The notes under the pieces were generated by a model that did no database searches, had not been told where the DNA came from, and saw only the letters and a list, made by a program, of their open reading frames with translations. From positions 35,675-99,674 of the forward strand of contig DBPS01000040.1 of NCBI GenBank assembly GCA_002304935.1: DNA of 64,000 nucleotides. The letters run 5' to 3'. The translations under genes and the position numbers were made by a program. The stretch comes from Candidatus Humimicrobium oleiphilum. Its GTDB lineage: Bacteria; Actinomycetota; Humimicrobiia; Humimicrobiales; Humimicrobiaceae. This document shows, piece after piece, positions 19,859-30,774 of this stretch (its first letter is position 1; each line of letters begins with the position of its first letter).

Positions 19859-21610
19859 ATGTTAAAAGAAATATATGTAAAAAATTTTGCAATCATTGAT
19901 GATGCAAACATCAGATTTACCGGTGGATTTAATATTCTGTCTGGTGAGACAGGTGCAGGAAAAACGCTTATAATTGAAGCAATAAACCTGCTTATAGGCG
20001 AGAGGGCTAATACTGAACTCATAAGAGACCGTCAGGAAAATCTGCTGGTACAGGGTTTCTTTGATTTTAAGGATAATTCAAATGTCATCGATTTTCTCCT
20101 GAAGGAAGGACTTATTAAAAATGTTGATGAAGCCAGTGACCTTGAAATAACGAGGGAGTTAAACAAAAACGGAAGGAACAGAGTATTTATTAATGGCAAT
20201 TTCAGCCAGGTTGGTATTCTTAAAAACCTCAGCAGTCTTTTCATAGATATACATGGCCAGCATGAACATCAGTATCTCCTTGACCAGAAAAACCACTTAA
20301 AAATCATTGATGAAATTGGTGGACCGGAAATATCTGAATTAAAAAAATCGTATAATATCGCCTACAGAAATTATATTGATTCAAAGAAATCGCTTGATGA
20401 CATATTACAGAAACAAAAACAAAAAGACCAGTTTCTTTACGAATTAAGATTAAAGCTCAAAGAACTTGAAAATTTAAAATTAAAACCTGGCGAATATGAA
20501 GAACTTGAAAATGAAAAAAATATTTTAAAGAATTATGAAAAGATATACCAGTATTCATCCGAATGCATTTCAATATTGAACGGAAATGAAAATAATGATT
20601 ATTCACTGGTTTTTAACAATTCAAAACTTTTTAAAATATTATCTGATTTTGAAAAGATTGATAAAAATATTTCAAAATTTTTACCTGATATTGAAGGATA
20701 CAGCATAATAATTGAAGAATTAAACAACTATTTGAATTCTTTCATACAGAATCTGGAATTTAATCCCAGAAAATTAGAGGAAATACAGGAAAGAATATTC
20801 TTAATAAATGAGATAAAAAGAAAATACAATATGGAGATACCTGAGCTTATTGAGCATGAGGAAGAATTAAGAGAACAGGTAGCAAATATTGAAGAGATAG
20901 ATGACATAATAAATGAAAAAACGAAAGATTTTGAATCCAGGAAAGATATTTTATTAAATGAATCAATAAAATTAGATAATCTGCGTAAAAAAATCTCACT
21001 GGGTTTTGAAAAACAGATTATTAAAGAAATGCTTGATCTGAATTTTAAATCTGTAAGATTTAAGGCAGAGATTTCAAATATCGGAGGGGAGGATGCAGAT
21101 TATATAAATCAAAAAGTAAGATTCACCCCTGATGGAATTAATAAATGCGAATTCTTGATTTCACTTAATCTGGGTGAAGAATTAAAAAGCCTTACAAAAA
21201 TCGCTTCAGGAGGAGAAATATCCAGAATAATGCTTGCTCTTAAAAGCATTATTGGAAAAGCTGATAATATCCAGACAATGATATTTGATGAAATTGATTC
21301 AGGTATAGGAGGCCAGACCGCTCTGGTAGTTGGTGAAAAACTTTACAAGATATCAGTTTTAAAGCAGGTTATCTGCATAACTCATCTGCCACAGATTGCA
21401 AGTTTTGCTGATAATCATTTATTTATAGAGAAACATATTGATAAAAATAAAACAAAAATCAAAATCAACACACTTTATGGGGAAGAAAGAGTTCTGGAAA
21501 TATCAAGAATGATGAGCGGTACAAAACAAAGCGATCTGTCTGTCATGCATGCAAACGAACTTATAAATCAAAGCAAACTGATAAAAGAAGAGGTAAGGGG
21601 GGCATTTTAA
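19859..21610 (+). CDS. recN: DNA repair protein RecN
   Basis: 583 aa SMC-like protein. N-terminal Walker A GETGAGKT. Long coiled coil. C-terminal signature and Walker B motifs. Confidence 0.85.
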   Translation: MLKEIYVKNFAIIDDANIRFTGGFNILSGETGAGKTLIIEAINLLIGERANTELIRDRQENLLVQGFFDFKDNSNVIDFLLKEGLIKNVDEASDLEITRELNKNGRNRVFINGNFSQVGILKNLSSLFIDIHGQHEHQYLLDQKNHLKIIDEIGGPEISELKKSYNIAYRNYIDSKKSLDDILQKQKQKDQFLYELRLKLKELENLKLKPGEYEELENEKNILKNYEKIYQYSSECISILNGNENNDYSLVFNNSKLFKILSDFEKIDKNISKFLPDIEGYSIIIEELNNYLNSFIQNLEFNPRKLEEIQERIFLINEIKRKYNMEIPELIEHEEELREQVANIEEIDDIINEKTKDFESRKDILLNESIKLDNLRKKISLGFEKQIIKEMLDLNFKSVRFKAEISNIGGEDADYINQKVRFTPDGINKCEFLISLNLGEELKSLTKIASGGEISRIMLALKSIIGKADNIQTMIFDEIDSGIGGQTALVVGEKLYKISVLKQVICITHLPQIASFADNHLFIEKHIDKNKTKIKINTLYGEERVLEISRMMSGTKQSDLSVMHANELINQSKLIKEEVRGAF

Positions 21611-21612
21611 AT

Positions 21613-23223
21613 TTGAAAACTAAATTTATTTTTATAACCGGCGGTGTTCTTTCTTCTCTGGGTAAAGGCATATGTGCAGCTTCACTTGGAAGACTTTTAA
21701 AATCAAGAGGATTAAGTGTGACAATTCAGAAATTCGACCCTTATCTTAATATAGATCCGGGTACCATGAATCCTTTCCAGCACGGAGAAGTTTTTGTAAC
21801 TGATGACGGCGGGGAGACAGATCTTGATCTTGGTCATTATGAAAGATTTATAGATGAGAGTTTGTCAAAGTATAATAATTTTACTTCAGGAAAAATATAC
21901 GGTTCTGTTATTGAAAAAGAAAGAAGAGGGGATTATCTTGGAAACACCGTTCAGGTAATCCCTCATGTAACTGACGAAATAAAAGACAGCATAAAGAAAA
22001 CACTTATAACCAAAACAACTGATATAGTTATAACTGAAATAGGGGGAACTGTTGGAGATATTGAAAGCCTGCCTTTCCTTGAGGCAATAAGACAGTTTAA
22101 AAAAGATATCGGAAAGGAAAATGTTCTTTATATCCATGTAACTTATGTCCCGTATTTAAAAACAAGTGATGAGCTTAAAACCAAACCCACACAGCACAGC
22201 GTAAAAGAGTTGCGCAGCATAGGGATTCAGCCGGATATTATTATCTGCAGAAGCGAAATAAAAATAAATGATTCAATAAAAGCAAAAATAAGCCTTTTTT
22301 GCGATATAGAAAAAGAAGCAATAATCAATGCTGTGGATGCAAAGCATCTCTATGAAGTCCCTCTTAGCCTTAAAGATGAAAAATTCGATGAAATAGTAGT
22401 ATCCAAGCTAGGGCTTAAATGCGGGAAAGCCAGACTGTCTTCGTGGATAAAAATAGTCAATACAATAAATAGTCTTCAGGAAAATGTAACAATAGGAATA
22501 GTGGGGAAATATACCAATCTTAAAGATGCATATCTCAGCATAATTGAATCACTAAATCATGGCGGATATTACTTCAGATCCAATGTAGAAATCAGATGGA
22601 TAAATTCCGAGATACTGGAAGAAAATGCAGGCATGAATGAAGTATTTAAAGATATTAACGGTATACTCGTTCCGGGAGGGTTCGGAATAAGAGGGATTAA
22701 CGGAAAAGTCAGTGCAATAAAATATGCGAGAGAAAATAAAATACCTTTCTTCGGGATTTGTCTCGGAATGCAATGCGCAGTAATAGAATTTTGCAGAAAC
22801 GTACTTGATCTTAAGGATTCAAATAGCTCGGAGTTTGATCCTGATACAAAAAACCCTGTAATCGACATAATACCTGAACAGAAAAATATAGGAAATCTGG
22901 GTGGGACAATGAGGCTTGGAAAATATCCATGCCGGTTAATAAAAAACACCAAATCTTTCAGCGCCTACGGCACAGAACTGATCTCTGAAAGACACAGGCA
23001 CAGGTATGAATTAAACAATAGCTATCTTAAGCAGTTAAAAAACAGGGGAATGATAGTTTCCGGCATATATGAAGAAAAAAATCTTGCAGAAATAATTGAA
23101 ATAAAAGAACATCCCTGGTTTATAGGGGTACAATTTCATCCTGAATTCAAATCAAGGCCTGACAAACCGCACCCGTTGTTTAAAAGTTTTATTGGGGCAG
23201 CCATAAAAAACAGATCTTTATAA
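21613..23223 (+). CDS. pyrG: CTP synthase
   Basis: 536 aa. [20 protein letters not shown]-terminus. Glutamine amidotransferase active site GICLGMQ. Confidence 0.9.
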   Translation: MKTKFIFITGGVLSSLGKGICAASLGRLLKSRGLSVTIQKFDPYLNIDPGTMNPFQHGEVFVTDDGGETDLDLGHYERFIDESLSKYNNFTSGKIYGSVIEKERRGDYLGNTVQVIPHVTDEIKDSIKKTLITKTTDIVITEIGGTVGDIESLPFLEAIRQFKKDIGKENVLYIHVTYVPYLKTSDELKTKPTQHSVKELRSIGIQPDIIICRSEIKINDSIKAKISLFCDIEKEAIINAVDAKHLYEVPLSLKDEKFDEIVVSKLGLKCGKARLSSWIKIVNTINSLQENVTIGIVGKYTNLKDAYLSIIESLNHGGYYFRSNVEIRWINSEILEENAGMNEVFKDINGILVPGGFGIRGINGKVSAIKYARENKIPFFGICLGMQCAVIEFCRNVLDLKDSNSSEFDPDTKNPVIDIIPEQKNIGNLGGTMRLGKYPCRLIKNTKSFSAYGTELISERHRHRYELNNSYLKQLKNRGMIVSGIYEEKNLAEIIEIKEHPWFIGVQFHPEFKSRPDKPHPLFKSFIGAAIKNRSL

Positions 23224-23275
23224 TGCTAAAACAATTTGGAAAAATTCAAAAACAATATAATTCCTTATCCTAACT

Positions 23276-23992
23276 ATGTTTGAAATAATAAAAAATAAAC
23301 CTTTAAGAAAAGCAATTATAGCAATCTGCATCATCTTGCTGGCAGTAATCATCTTTCTTATTCCTCTGAGAGCATATATCTATAATGCGAAAACATATAT
23401 GAATCTATATGAAACGAATAATGTTTTCAGAGAAATAAATGAAGGTGATGCCGTAAAGCTGACCTCAGGAATTATAAGCCTTCTTAGATATGGAAATAAT
23501 ATCGAGAAGTTTGAATTAAAATCGCAATTTTCATTCTTTACAGCTGATGAAATCAGCCATCTTTATGACGTGCGGGTACTAATACAAAAATTTTTAATTA
23601 TTTTTTATATAAGTATAATTCTTTTTCTTGTCTTAGTCTTTCTTATTATTCAGAGAAATCTTCTGCCTAATTTAAAGAATATTGCGTTTATTTTTATTTT
23701 TTCCTCGTGCATTGTGATTTTTTTAATTTTATTATTATATTTTTTCAGCAGTAATTTTATTTTTATCTTTGACAGATTTCATCATTTGTTTTTTCCACAG
23801 GGAAACTGGGCTTTTCCGGAAGGTTCCCTTCTGATAACCCTGCTGCCATTAAATTTCTTTTATGAATTCTTCATAAAGATGCTGATGACTTCACTGATAA
23901 TATCTTTAATATTATTATTGACGGGAATATTTTTTTGTATTATCTATAGAAAAAAAATAAAAATGAAAGGTTTATTCAAAATCAATGTATGA
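23276..23992 (+). CDS. integral membrane protein, function unknown
   Basis: Several predicted TM helices. No catalytic motif recognised. Confidence 0.4.
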   Translation: MFEIIKNKPLRKAIIAICIILLAVIIFLIPLRAYIYNAKTYMNLYETNNVFREINEGDAVKLTSGIISLLRYGNNIEKFELKSQFSFFTADEISHLYDVRVLIQKFLIIFYISIILFLVLVFLIIQRNLLPNLKNIAFIFIFSSCIVIFLILLLYFFSSNFIFIFDRFHHLFFPQGNWAFPEGSLLITLLPLNFFYEFFIKMLMTSLIISLILLLTGIFFCIIYRKKIKMKGLFKINV

Positions 23993-25118
23993 AATAAATG
24001 AAAAAAGGCTATTGGATGAATTTTTTACAATATTATCCATAAAGAGTCCGACAAAAAAAGAAGGAAAGCTTGCTTTATATCTGGAAGAACAGTTTAAAAA
24101 ATCAGGACTGGAAGTAACTATTGATGATACCGGCCATAAAATTGAAGGACAGACAGGAAACCTGATTGCCAGATTCATGCCTAAATACATTAAAAATAAT
24201 CCTCCGATATTTTTAAGTGCGCATATGGATACAGTTATGGTTGAGGATGAAATAATTCCTTTTATTTCAGATGATTTGATAATTAAAAATAAAAATGATA
24301 AGAACATACTCGGTGCTGATGATAAAGCAGCCATTGCCGCAATAATAGAAGCAGTAAGAGTTATAAACGAGTATGAGCTTCAGACTGGTATTATCTACAT
24401 AATACTTACTGTCGGCGAAGAAACCGCATTGCTTGGTTCAAAATATATTAATCTTGATAATATTGAAGCAGATATCGGATTTGTATTTGATGCGGATGGA
24501 GATGTAGGGACCATAATAAATAAAGCCCCTTTCCATAACAGAATTGATTTAAAAATAACAGGAAAAGCAGCACACGCAGGTGTAAACCCCGAAAAAGGGA
24601 TTAACTCAATCAAAGCCGCTGCTTTTGCCATATCCAATACATTTTCGGGTAGAATCGATGATGAGACGACATGCAATATAGGCAGGATAGAAGGAGGAAC
24701 AGAGACTAATGTTGTTCCTGAAACAACAATAGTGAGTGTGGAAGCCAGAAGTATGAATGAGAACAGGCTGGAAAAAATCACGGATCAGGTTATAGGGAAT
24801 TTCCAGGAATCAGCAGAAGAATACAAAGCAGGACTGGAATACAAAGTTTTAAGGGAATATGATGGCTATAAGATTGAAGAAAATAATATAGCTGTCAGGA
24901 TAGCAAAAAAAGCAATAGAAAATATTGGAATAAAACCAAAACTAAGACCTACGGGAGGAGGGAGTGATACAAATAATTTTAATTCAAAAAACAAGATTGC
25001 GGTTAACCTTACTTCCGGTTTTGAGAATTGTCACTCCGTAGACGAATATATATCATTTGAAGAATTAAAAAAACTGGCAAAACTAGTAATAGAGATATGC
25101 ATTTGTGAAGAAAGGTAA
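23985..25118 (+). CDS. M20-family metallopeptidase (peptidase T-like)
   Basis: LSAHMDTV and GADDKAAIAAIIEAV match M20 metal-binding motifs. Confidence 0.7.
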   Translation: MYEINEKRLLDEFFTILSIKSPTKKEGKLALYLEEQFKKSGLEVTIDDTGHKIEGQTGNLIARFMPKYIKNNPPIFLSAHMDTVMVEDEIIPFISDDLIIKNKNDKNILGADDKAAIAAIIEAVRVINEYELQTGIIYIILTVGEETALLGSKYINLDNIEADIGFVFDADGDVGTIINKAPFHNRIDLKITGKAAHAGVNPEKGINSIKAAAFAISNTFSGRIDDETTCNIGRIEGGTETNVVPETTIVSVEARSMNENRLEKITDQVIGNFQESAEEYKAGLEYKVLREYDGYKIEENNIAVRIAKKAIENIGIKPKLRPTGGGSDTNNFNSKNKIAVNLTSGFENCHSVDEYISFEELKKLAKLVIEICICEER

Positions 25119-25692
25119 TATTTTGGATTATGACACTGAATTGAACAATGATGAAAAATTAATTGAAAAAAAATTAAATTCCAGGCTGGTCTTTAACGGC
25201 AAAATAATAAAAGTATATTTTGATGAAATTTTTCTTCCTAATAATAAAAAAGCTACAAGAGAAAAAGTCTGGCATCCCGGGGCAGTAGCAATCGTACCGG
25301 TGAATGAAAAAAATGAAGTGATTTTAATAAGACAATACAGGTATCCCGTTGAAGAAGTACTGATTGAAATTCCAGCTGGCAAACTTGATAAGGACGAGCT
25401 ACCCGAAAATTGTGCAATAAGAGAGCTTCATGAAGAAGTCGGGGCAACTGAAGGGAAGCTTATACATCTTACCTCTTTTTTAACAACACCGGGTTTTTCA
25501 AATGAGTTTCTTCACCTGTTTATAGCTATCGATTTTAAAAACAGTAAAAACAATCCTGATGATGATGAATTTCTGCAGATAATAAAAGTACCTTTGGATA
25601 AATGTATTTCATGGATTTATGATGGTACAATTAAAGATGCAAAAAGCATAATCGGAATTTTAATGGCAAAAGATTATATCAACAAAATTTAA
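25105..25692 (+). CDS. NUDIX hydrolase (ADP-ribose pyrophosphatase-like)
   Basis: Nudix box GKLDKDELPENCAIRELHEEVG. Confidence 0.8.
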   Translation: MKKGNILDYDTELNNDEKLIEKKLNSRLVFNGKIIKVYFDEIFLPNNKKATREKVWHPGAVAIVPVNEKNEVILIRQYRYPVEEVLIEIPAGKLDKDELPENCAIRELHEEVGATEGKLIHLTSFLTTPGFSNEFLHLFIAIDFKNSKNNPDDDEFLQIIKVPLDKCISWIYDGTIKDAKSIIGILMAKDYINKI

Positions 25693-25754
25693 AATAATCC
25701 GGCTATCCACTAAACCGTTAAAAAGGGGAGGAAAAGGGGTAACCGCTGCAGGAA

Positions 25755-26687
25755 ATGAATAATTCAAAGATAATCACAAATGAAGAACTTGTAAATGAAT
25801 TTAAAGACTATCTTAAATTTGAAAAAATGCTTTCTCATAATACTATTAATTCTTATATCCGCGATATCACCATTTTTTTTGATTATACCAAATCAAAAAA
25901 AATAAATGTTCTTGGTATAACCTATGAAGAAATACTTGACTTGTTAAAAAAATTTCATGAAAAATATAATGAATCCACCATATCAAGAATTCTTTCATCA
26001 ATAAGGTCTTTTTACAGATTTGCATTAAAGAATGATTTAATACAGTGCAATCCTTTCTATGAAATAAAAAATCCCAGGAAAGCATATAATCTGCTAACGA
26101 TACTGGATGAAAAAGAAGTACAGGATTTTCTGGATAGTATCCCTTATTCTTCAAAATTACAATTAAGAGACAGGGCTATGTTCGAACTACTTTACTCATC
26201 AGGCCTAAGGGTAAGTGAAATTGTAAATCTGAAATTAAATGATATAGACTATGAAAATTCCATACTTCGTTTTGTGGGAAAGGGAAGTAAAGAAAGAATA
26301 GTGCCTATAGGAAAAATTTCACAGGAATTTCTCTTAACGTATATAAAAGCTGCCAGGTCAAAAATTCATCCGAAAAATGAAAACAGAAAATCCAATGAAT
26401 ATGTTTTTCTGAATAAAAATGGTGATAAATTAACCAGGCAGGGATTTTGGAAAATCTTAAAAAGTTATGAAAAAAAAATAAGTCCCCAGAAGAATATTTA
26501 TCCTCATTTATTCCGGCATTCATTTGCAACACACATGCTCCAGAACGGAGCAGACCTCAGACTGGTGCAGGAACTTCTTGGTCACAGCAATATATCTACT
26601 ACCCAGATTTATACCAATATCAACAAGGATTTTATAAAAGAATCCTTTTTTAAAAACCATCCGCGAAACAAAAAAACAGATAAATGA
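25755..26687 (+). CDS. xerD: tyrosine site-specific recombinase XerD/XerC
   Basis: HLFRHSFATHMLQNGADLRLVQELLGHSNISTTQIYT carries the R..H..R..Y catalytic residues. Chromosomal context next to nudix and scpAB, as in Bacillus. Confidence 0.8.
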   Translation: MNNSKIITNEELVNEFKDYLKFEKMLSHNTINSYIRDITIFFDYTKSKKINVLGITYEEILDLLKKFHEKYNESTISRILSSIRSFYRFALKNDLIQCNPFYEIKNPRKAYNLLTILDEKEVQDFLDSIPYSSKLQLRDRAMFELLYSSGLRVSEIVNLKLNDIDYENSILRFVGKGSKERIVPIGKISQEFLLTYIKAARSKIHPKNENRKSNEYVFLNKNGDKLTRQGFWKILKSYEKKISPQKNIYPHLFRHSFATHMLQNGADLRLVQELLGHSNISTTQIYTNINKDFIKESFFKNHPRNKKTDK

Positions 26688-26764
26688 CTGCCTTCATTTA
26701 AATTTTTCCAAAAAAGGTTGTATAATTGGCAGGATTATTTGTAATTACTTAAAGCAGAAAGTAC

Positions 26765-27526
26765 ATGAAAATGTTTGAGAATATATTTATGGAATTTAAA
26801 AATTTTATATTGCAGCTTTTAATAGCAATTCCCGGAATCTATCTTGCTGTCATACCGCATGAAGTAATGCATGGATACATTGCTTTAAAAAACGGAGATT
26901 ATACTGCAAAGAATATGGGCAGGCTGACAATGAATCCGCTGAAGCACATAGACATAATAGGAAGCATAGTACTTCCGATACTTTTAATTCTTTTAAGATC
27001 TAATATAATTTTCGCTTATGCAAAGCCTGTCCCAGTAAATCCTGCTTATTTCAGGAATTTCAGAAAAGGGCTGAGAAATACTTCAATAGCCGGACCGGGA
27101 ACAAATCTTGCGGTTGCTTTTTTAATCGGTTCTCTTTATGGACTTGTCATACTGATTTATTCTTTAGTATCGAAGATACCTGCAGGTCTTATTTTTACCC
27201 AGGGCCTTAATTACTCTCTTATCGGCCAGGCAGACTTTAGTTTTTTTGGTGTGATCAGCGCCATGTTTGTCTATGCTGTAAGAATAAGCATATTTCTGGC
27301 AATTTTTAATTTTTTGCCGATACCTCCACTGGATGGTTCAAAAATTGTTGCATCTTTTCTTCCGGAAAGAGCTATGTACAGATATCTTGGCATAGGAAGA
27401 ATAGGATTTTTCCTTATATTCGCCATACTTATGTTTTTTGGAAGATTTTTCTGGTCTTTTTTAAATCCAGTAATTAATTTTTTAATTTTTAATCTCGGCT
27501 TCTGGTGGAGATTTCTTATTAGCTGA
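26765..27526 (+). CDS. M50-family membrane zinc metalloprotease (site-2 protease-like)
   Basis: HEVMHGY is an HExxH motif inside a TM helix. Polytopic membrane protein. Confidence 0.55.
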   Translation: MKMFENIFMEFKNFILQLLIAIPGIYLAVIPHEVMHGYIALKNGDYTAKNMGRLTMNPLKHIDIIGSIVLPILLILLRSNIIFAYAKPVPVNPAYFRNFRKGLRNTSIAGPGTNLAVAFLIGSLYGLVILIYSLVSKIPAGLIFTQGLNYSLIGQADFSFFGVISAMFVYAVRISIFLAIFNFLPIPPLDGSKIVASFLPERAMYRYLGIGRIGFFLIFAILMFFGRFFWSFLNPVINFLIFNLGFWWRFLIS

Positions 27527-27569
27527 AACGTTTTATTATCAATTTACCTAAAACTCGGGAGTATAACAG

Positions 27570-28556
27570 ATGGTTGAAAAGAAAATAATGCTTACCGGCT
27601 TCAGGCCTACAGGCAAGCTTCATCTGGGTCATTTGCATGGCAATATAGTAAATATGGTTAAATACCAGCATAATTACGATAATTATTTTTTTCTTGTTGA
27701 CTGGCATGCTTTGTCCACAGAATATCAAAATCCTTTAAATATAAAAAATAACCTTATTGAATGTGCAATTGATTTGCTTGCACTGGGCATTGATCCTGGA
27801 ATCACACATTTATACAGGCAGTCAGATATTGCTGAGATTCCGGAACTCACTCTTTACCTTTCGATGATAACACCTCTCTCTTGGCTGGAAAGGTGCCCTA
27901 CTTATAAGGAGCAGGTAAAGGAATTAAAAACAAAGGATATTTCAACACTTGGTTTTTTAAGTTATCCGGTTTTAATGGCTGCCGATATACTTATTATAAA
28001 TGCTGATATTGTTCCGGTAGGTGAAGACCAGCTTCCTCATCTTGAACTGACAAGAGAAATTGCCAGAAGGTTCAATGGCCTTTATGGAGATTATTTCAAA
28101 GAACCGAAGGAACTGTTATCAAAGTCAACAAGAGTTGTTGGGACAGACGGAAGAAAAATGTCAAAAAGTTATGGGAATGCCATCTTTCTTTCTGATGATT
28201 ATAAAACAATAAAGACAAAAATAAGACAAATGATAACTGATCCCTCAAGGATAAAAATAACAGATCCCGGTCATCCGGAAATCTGTAATGTGTTTTCATT
28301 TTATAAAATATATTTAAAGAACAAAACCGATGAAATTGAGAACAGATGCAGGGATGGCAGAATAGGATGCATAAAATGTAAAGATGAGATAGCAGGTGTA
28401 ATATATGATTCCCTGAAAGAATTCCAGGAAAAAAGAAAAATACTCGAATCAGATACCGGATATGTCAGGAATGTTCTTTCAGCGGGAAAAGATTATGTAA
28501 GAAATGTTTCTTCAGCAACGATAAAGATAGTAAGGGAAAAACTGGGAATTGAATGA
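27570..28556 (+). CDS. trpS: tryptophanyl-tRNA synthetase
   Basis: GFRPTGKLHLGHLHG (HIGH motif) and KMSKS are both present. 328 aa. Confidence 0.9.
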   Translation: MVEKKIMLTGFRPTGKLHLGHLHGNIVNMVKYQHNYDNYFFLVDWHALSTEYQNPLNIKNNLIECAIDLLALGIDPGITHLYRQSDIAEIPELTLYLSMITPLSWLERCPTYKEQVKELKTKDISTLGFLSYPVLMAADILIINADIVPVGEDQLPHLELTREIARRFNGLYGDYFKEPKELLSKSTRVVGTDGRKMSKSYGNAIFLSDDYKTIKTKIRQMITDPSRIKITDPGHPEICNVFSFYKIYLKNKTDEIENRCRDGRIGCIKCKDEIAGVIYDSLKEFQEKRKILESDTGYVRNVLSAGKDYVRNVSSATIKIVREKLGIE

Positions 28557-29307
28557 AATCTATAAAACAGGCCAGAACAGCGGCTTTATAATCGATTTTG
28601 ATTATTTTAGCGGCCCTGTAAATATTTTGCTTGATCTGGTCTTCAAAAAAAGAGAATTTATCTATGAAATAAAAATCAGTGAAATAATCAGGGAATTTAT
28701 AAGCTTTATCGATAAAAACAGAAATAATACACTTGAGGAGCTTTCTGGTTTTGTTTATATAATATCAATTATGCTTGATTTAAAATCAAAATCGCTTATT
28801 CCTTCAAGAAATAATAATGTTTTGCAGGAAGACAAAAATGATAACCTGAACATCCTTAGACAAAGAGAAGATGAATACAGGACTTTCAGGCAAATAAGCG
28901 GATATTTTTCAGAATTGCTTGAAAATGAAGAAGTTTATTTTGTAAGGGAAGCACCGGTAGAAGAAGAATTCCTTGATTTTTTCAATGAAGTATTTAATAA
29001 AATCAAGGCAAAAGACCTACAGGATATTGCATCAGGGTTGCTATCAGCAAAGCAGGAAAAATTCAATATTGTTGAATTTTATAATAAAAAAATTACAAAA
29101 AATATTTTTCAGGAAATAAAAAGAATAAAAAATGTTCTGCAGTCAAAAGATAATATTTCTTTTAAGGAACTTACCAATGAATACGATGAGCTTATTGATA
29201 TAGTTATTGCTTTCTTGTCTATTCTCGAGCTTTATAAAAATGAAGACATTGATATCGAACAGTTTGAAATATTCGGAGAAATAATTATAAAGAAATTTGC
29301 AGCCTGA
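28549..29307 (+). CDS. scpA: segregation and condensation protein A
   Basis: ScpA-family sequence followed immediately by scpB. 252 aa. Confidence 0.7.
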   Translation: MNEIYKTGQNSGFIIDFDYFSGPVNILLDLVFKKREFIYEIKISEIIREFISFIDKNRNNTLEELSGFVYIISIMLDLKSKSLIPSRNNNVLQEDKNDNLNILRQREDEYRTFRQISGYFSELLENEEVYFVREAPVEEEFLDFFNEVFNKIKAKDLQDIASGLLSAKQEKFNIVEFYNKKITKNIFQEIKRIKNVLQSKDNISFKELTNEYDELIDIVIAFLSILELYKNEDIDIEQFEIFGEIIIKKFAA

Positions 29308-29338
29308 TTTTTATAATAATATTTTTAAATGATATGGC

Positions 29339-29911
29339 ATGATTGAAGAAAAAAACAAATATTTATCAGCATCGTTATATGACGAACTTATGGAAGGCAG
29401 GCCTGACTTAAAAACCTGCCTGGAAGGCATTATGTTTATTTCTGAAAAACCTGTTACTGTTTATGAAATTTCCAAAATATTAAATCTGGAAAAAAAGTTA
29501 GTCCAGGAAACAATAGACGAGCTGCAAGATGAGTATATAAAAAACAACAGAGGTTTTATAATCAGGAAAATCGGGAATGGATACCGTATGTACAGCAATC
29601 CTTCCTTAAAGGATGTACTAAAAAATTTTGTCAATACTTCACAGAAAGCACATATTACCCAGGCTGCCCTGGAAACACTTGCTATAGTCGCATACAGGCA
29701 GCCGGTTACAAGGCAGCAGATTGCTGAAATAAGAGGAGTAAAAACTGACAGCATTGTAATAAACCTGGTAAACAAGGGACTTGTAAGAGAATCAGGCAGA
29801 CTTAAAGTACAGGGCAGCCCTATATTATATCGAACAACTCCAAAATTCCTGGAAATGCTTGGATTAAAAAACATTAATGAATTACCTGAATTGAATATAA
29901 AGGAAGATTAA
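29339..29911 (+). CDS. scpB: segregation and condensation protein B
   Basis: Paired winged-helix domains (VTRQQIAEIRGV...). 190 aa. Confidence 0.75.
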   Translation: MIEEKNKYLSASLYDELMEGRPDLKTCLEGIMFISEKPVTVYEISKILNLEKKLVQETIDELQDEYIKNNRGFIIRKIGNGYRMYSNPSLKDVLKNFVNTSQKAHITQAALETLAIVAYRQPVTRQQIAEIRGVKTDSIVINLVNKGLVRESGRLKVQGSPILYRTTPKFLEMLGLKNINELPELNIKED

Positions 29912-29914
29912 AAA

Positions 29915-30637
29915 TTGTTAATAAGAATATCCAGGTTTCTGTCAAACGCAGGTATTGCTTCAAGACGTAAAAGCGAATCGCTGATACTTCAAGGTAAAAT
30001 AAGCTTAAACGGGAACATTGTGAAAGATTTAAGCACCAAAATTGATACACTAACAGATGAAGTAAGATTTCTTGATAAAAAAATTACGATACAGGAAAAA
30101 ATATATCTGGCTTTAAACAAACCTGCCGGATATCTCTGTACTGTTAAGGATGATTTTAAAAGAGCAACAGTAATGGAGCTTGTCAAGGGGTTTAAAGATA
30201 ATATAAGGTTATTTCCAGTTGGCAGGCTTGATTTTGATTCAAGAGGATTGATTTTGTTAACTAATGATGGGGATTTTGCACTAAAAATCACTCATCCAAG
30301 ATACATGATACACAAATCATACGAAATATTACCTGACAGGCCGGTTGAGACTGAAGATCTAAATAAAATAAAAGAAGGCGTGGAATTGGAAGGACGAAAA
30401 GTAATAGTATCAGAATTAAAAACAAATACTTTAAAAGCTGATAAAAATATTATTGAGATAACCATACATGAAGGAAGAAAAAGGGTGATTAGAAAGCTTT
30501 TTGATTTCCTGGGATATAAAGTCATGGACCTTAAAAGGACAAAGATCGGAGAGTTATCGTTAAGCAACCTTAAGGAAGGGAGATTCCGGATACTCGATAG
30601 TGATGATATAAACAAAATATTTAAGAAAAATATTTAA
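29915..30637 (+). CDS. rluB: 23S rRNA pseudouridine synthase (RluB/RsuA family)
   Basis: S4 domain plus GRLDFDSRGLILLTNDG with the catalytic Asp. Confidence 0.8.
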   Translation: MLIRISRFLSNAGIASRRKSESLILQGKISLNGNIVKDLSTKIDTLTDEVRFLDKKITIQEKIYLALNKPAGYLCTVKDDFKRATVMELVKGFKDNIRLFPVGRLDFDSRGLILLTNDGDFALKITHPRYMIHKSYEILPDRPVETEDLNKIKEGVELEGRKVIVSELKTNTLKADKNIIEITIHEGRKRVIRKLFDFLGYKVMDLKRTKIGELSLSNLKEGRFRILDSDDINKIFKKNI

Positions 30638-30774
30638 AGTCAATAATAAAAATATATTTTGAATATTTTTTTCTTTTTTTATTATAATTAAAAAAATAAA
30701 TTGATTTAAAAAGTTTTAAACTTTTTATTATTTAATAATTCAGAAAATATTCCTGGTTATCAAAAAGGTTTTAA

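Noticed and set aside
25755-26687. Tyrosine recombinase that could mark an integrated mobile element
   Set aside because: Its context is nudix, XerD, M50 protease, trpS, scpAB. This is chromosome-dimer-resolution XerD in a housekeeping neighbourhood. There are no flanking direct repeats, phage genes or composition shift.
27527-27569. T-box leader upstream of trpS (likewise upstream of ilvC and tyrA)
   Set aside because: The intergenic regions are 43, 144 and 137 bp. This is too short for a 200-300 nt T-box riboswitch, and no specifier-loop or T-box consensus was seen.
30695-30725. AT-only hairpin (AAAAAGTT-TTAA-AACTTTTT) upstream of tyrA as a regulatory element or terminator
   Set aside because: The 8-bp all-A/T stem is very weak in a roughly 29% GC genome, where such near-palindromes occur by chance.
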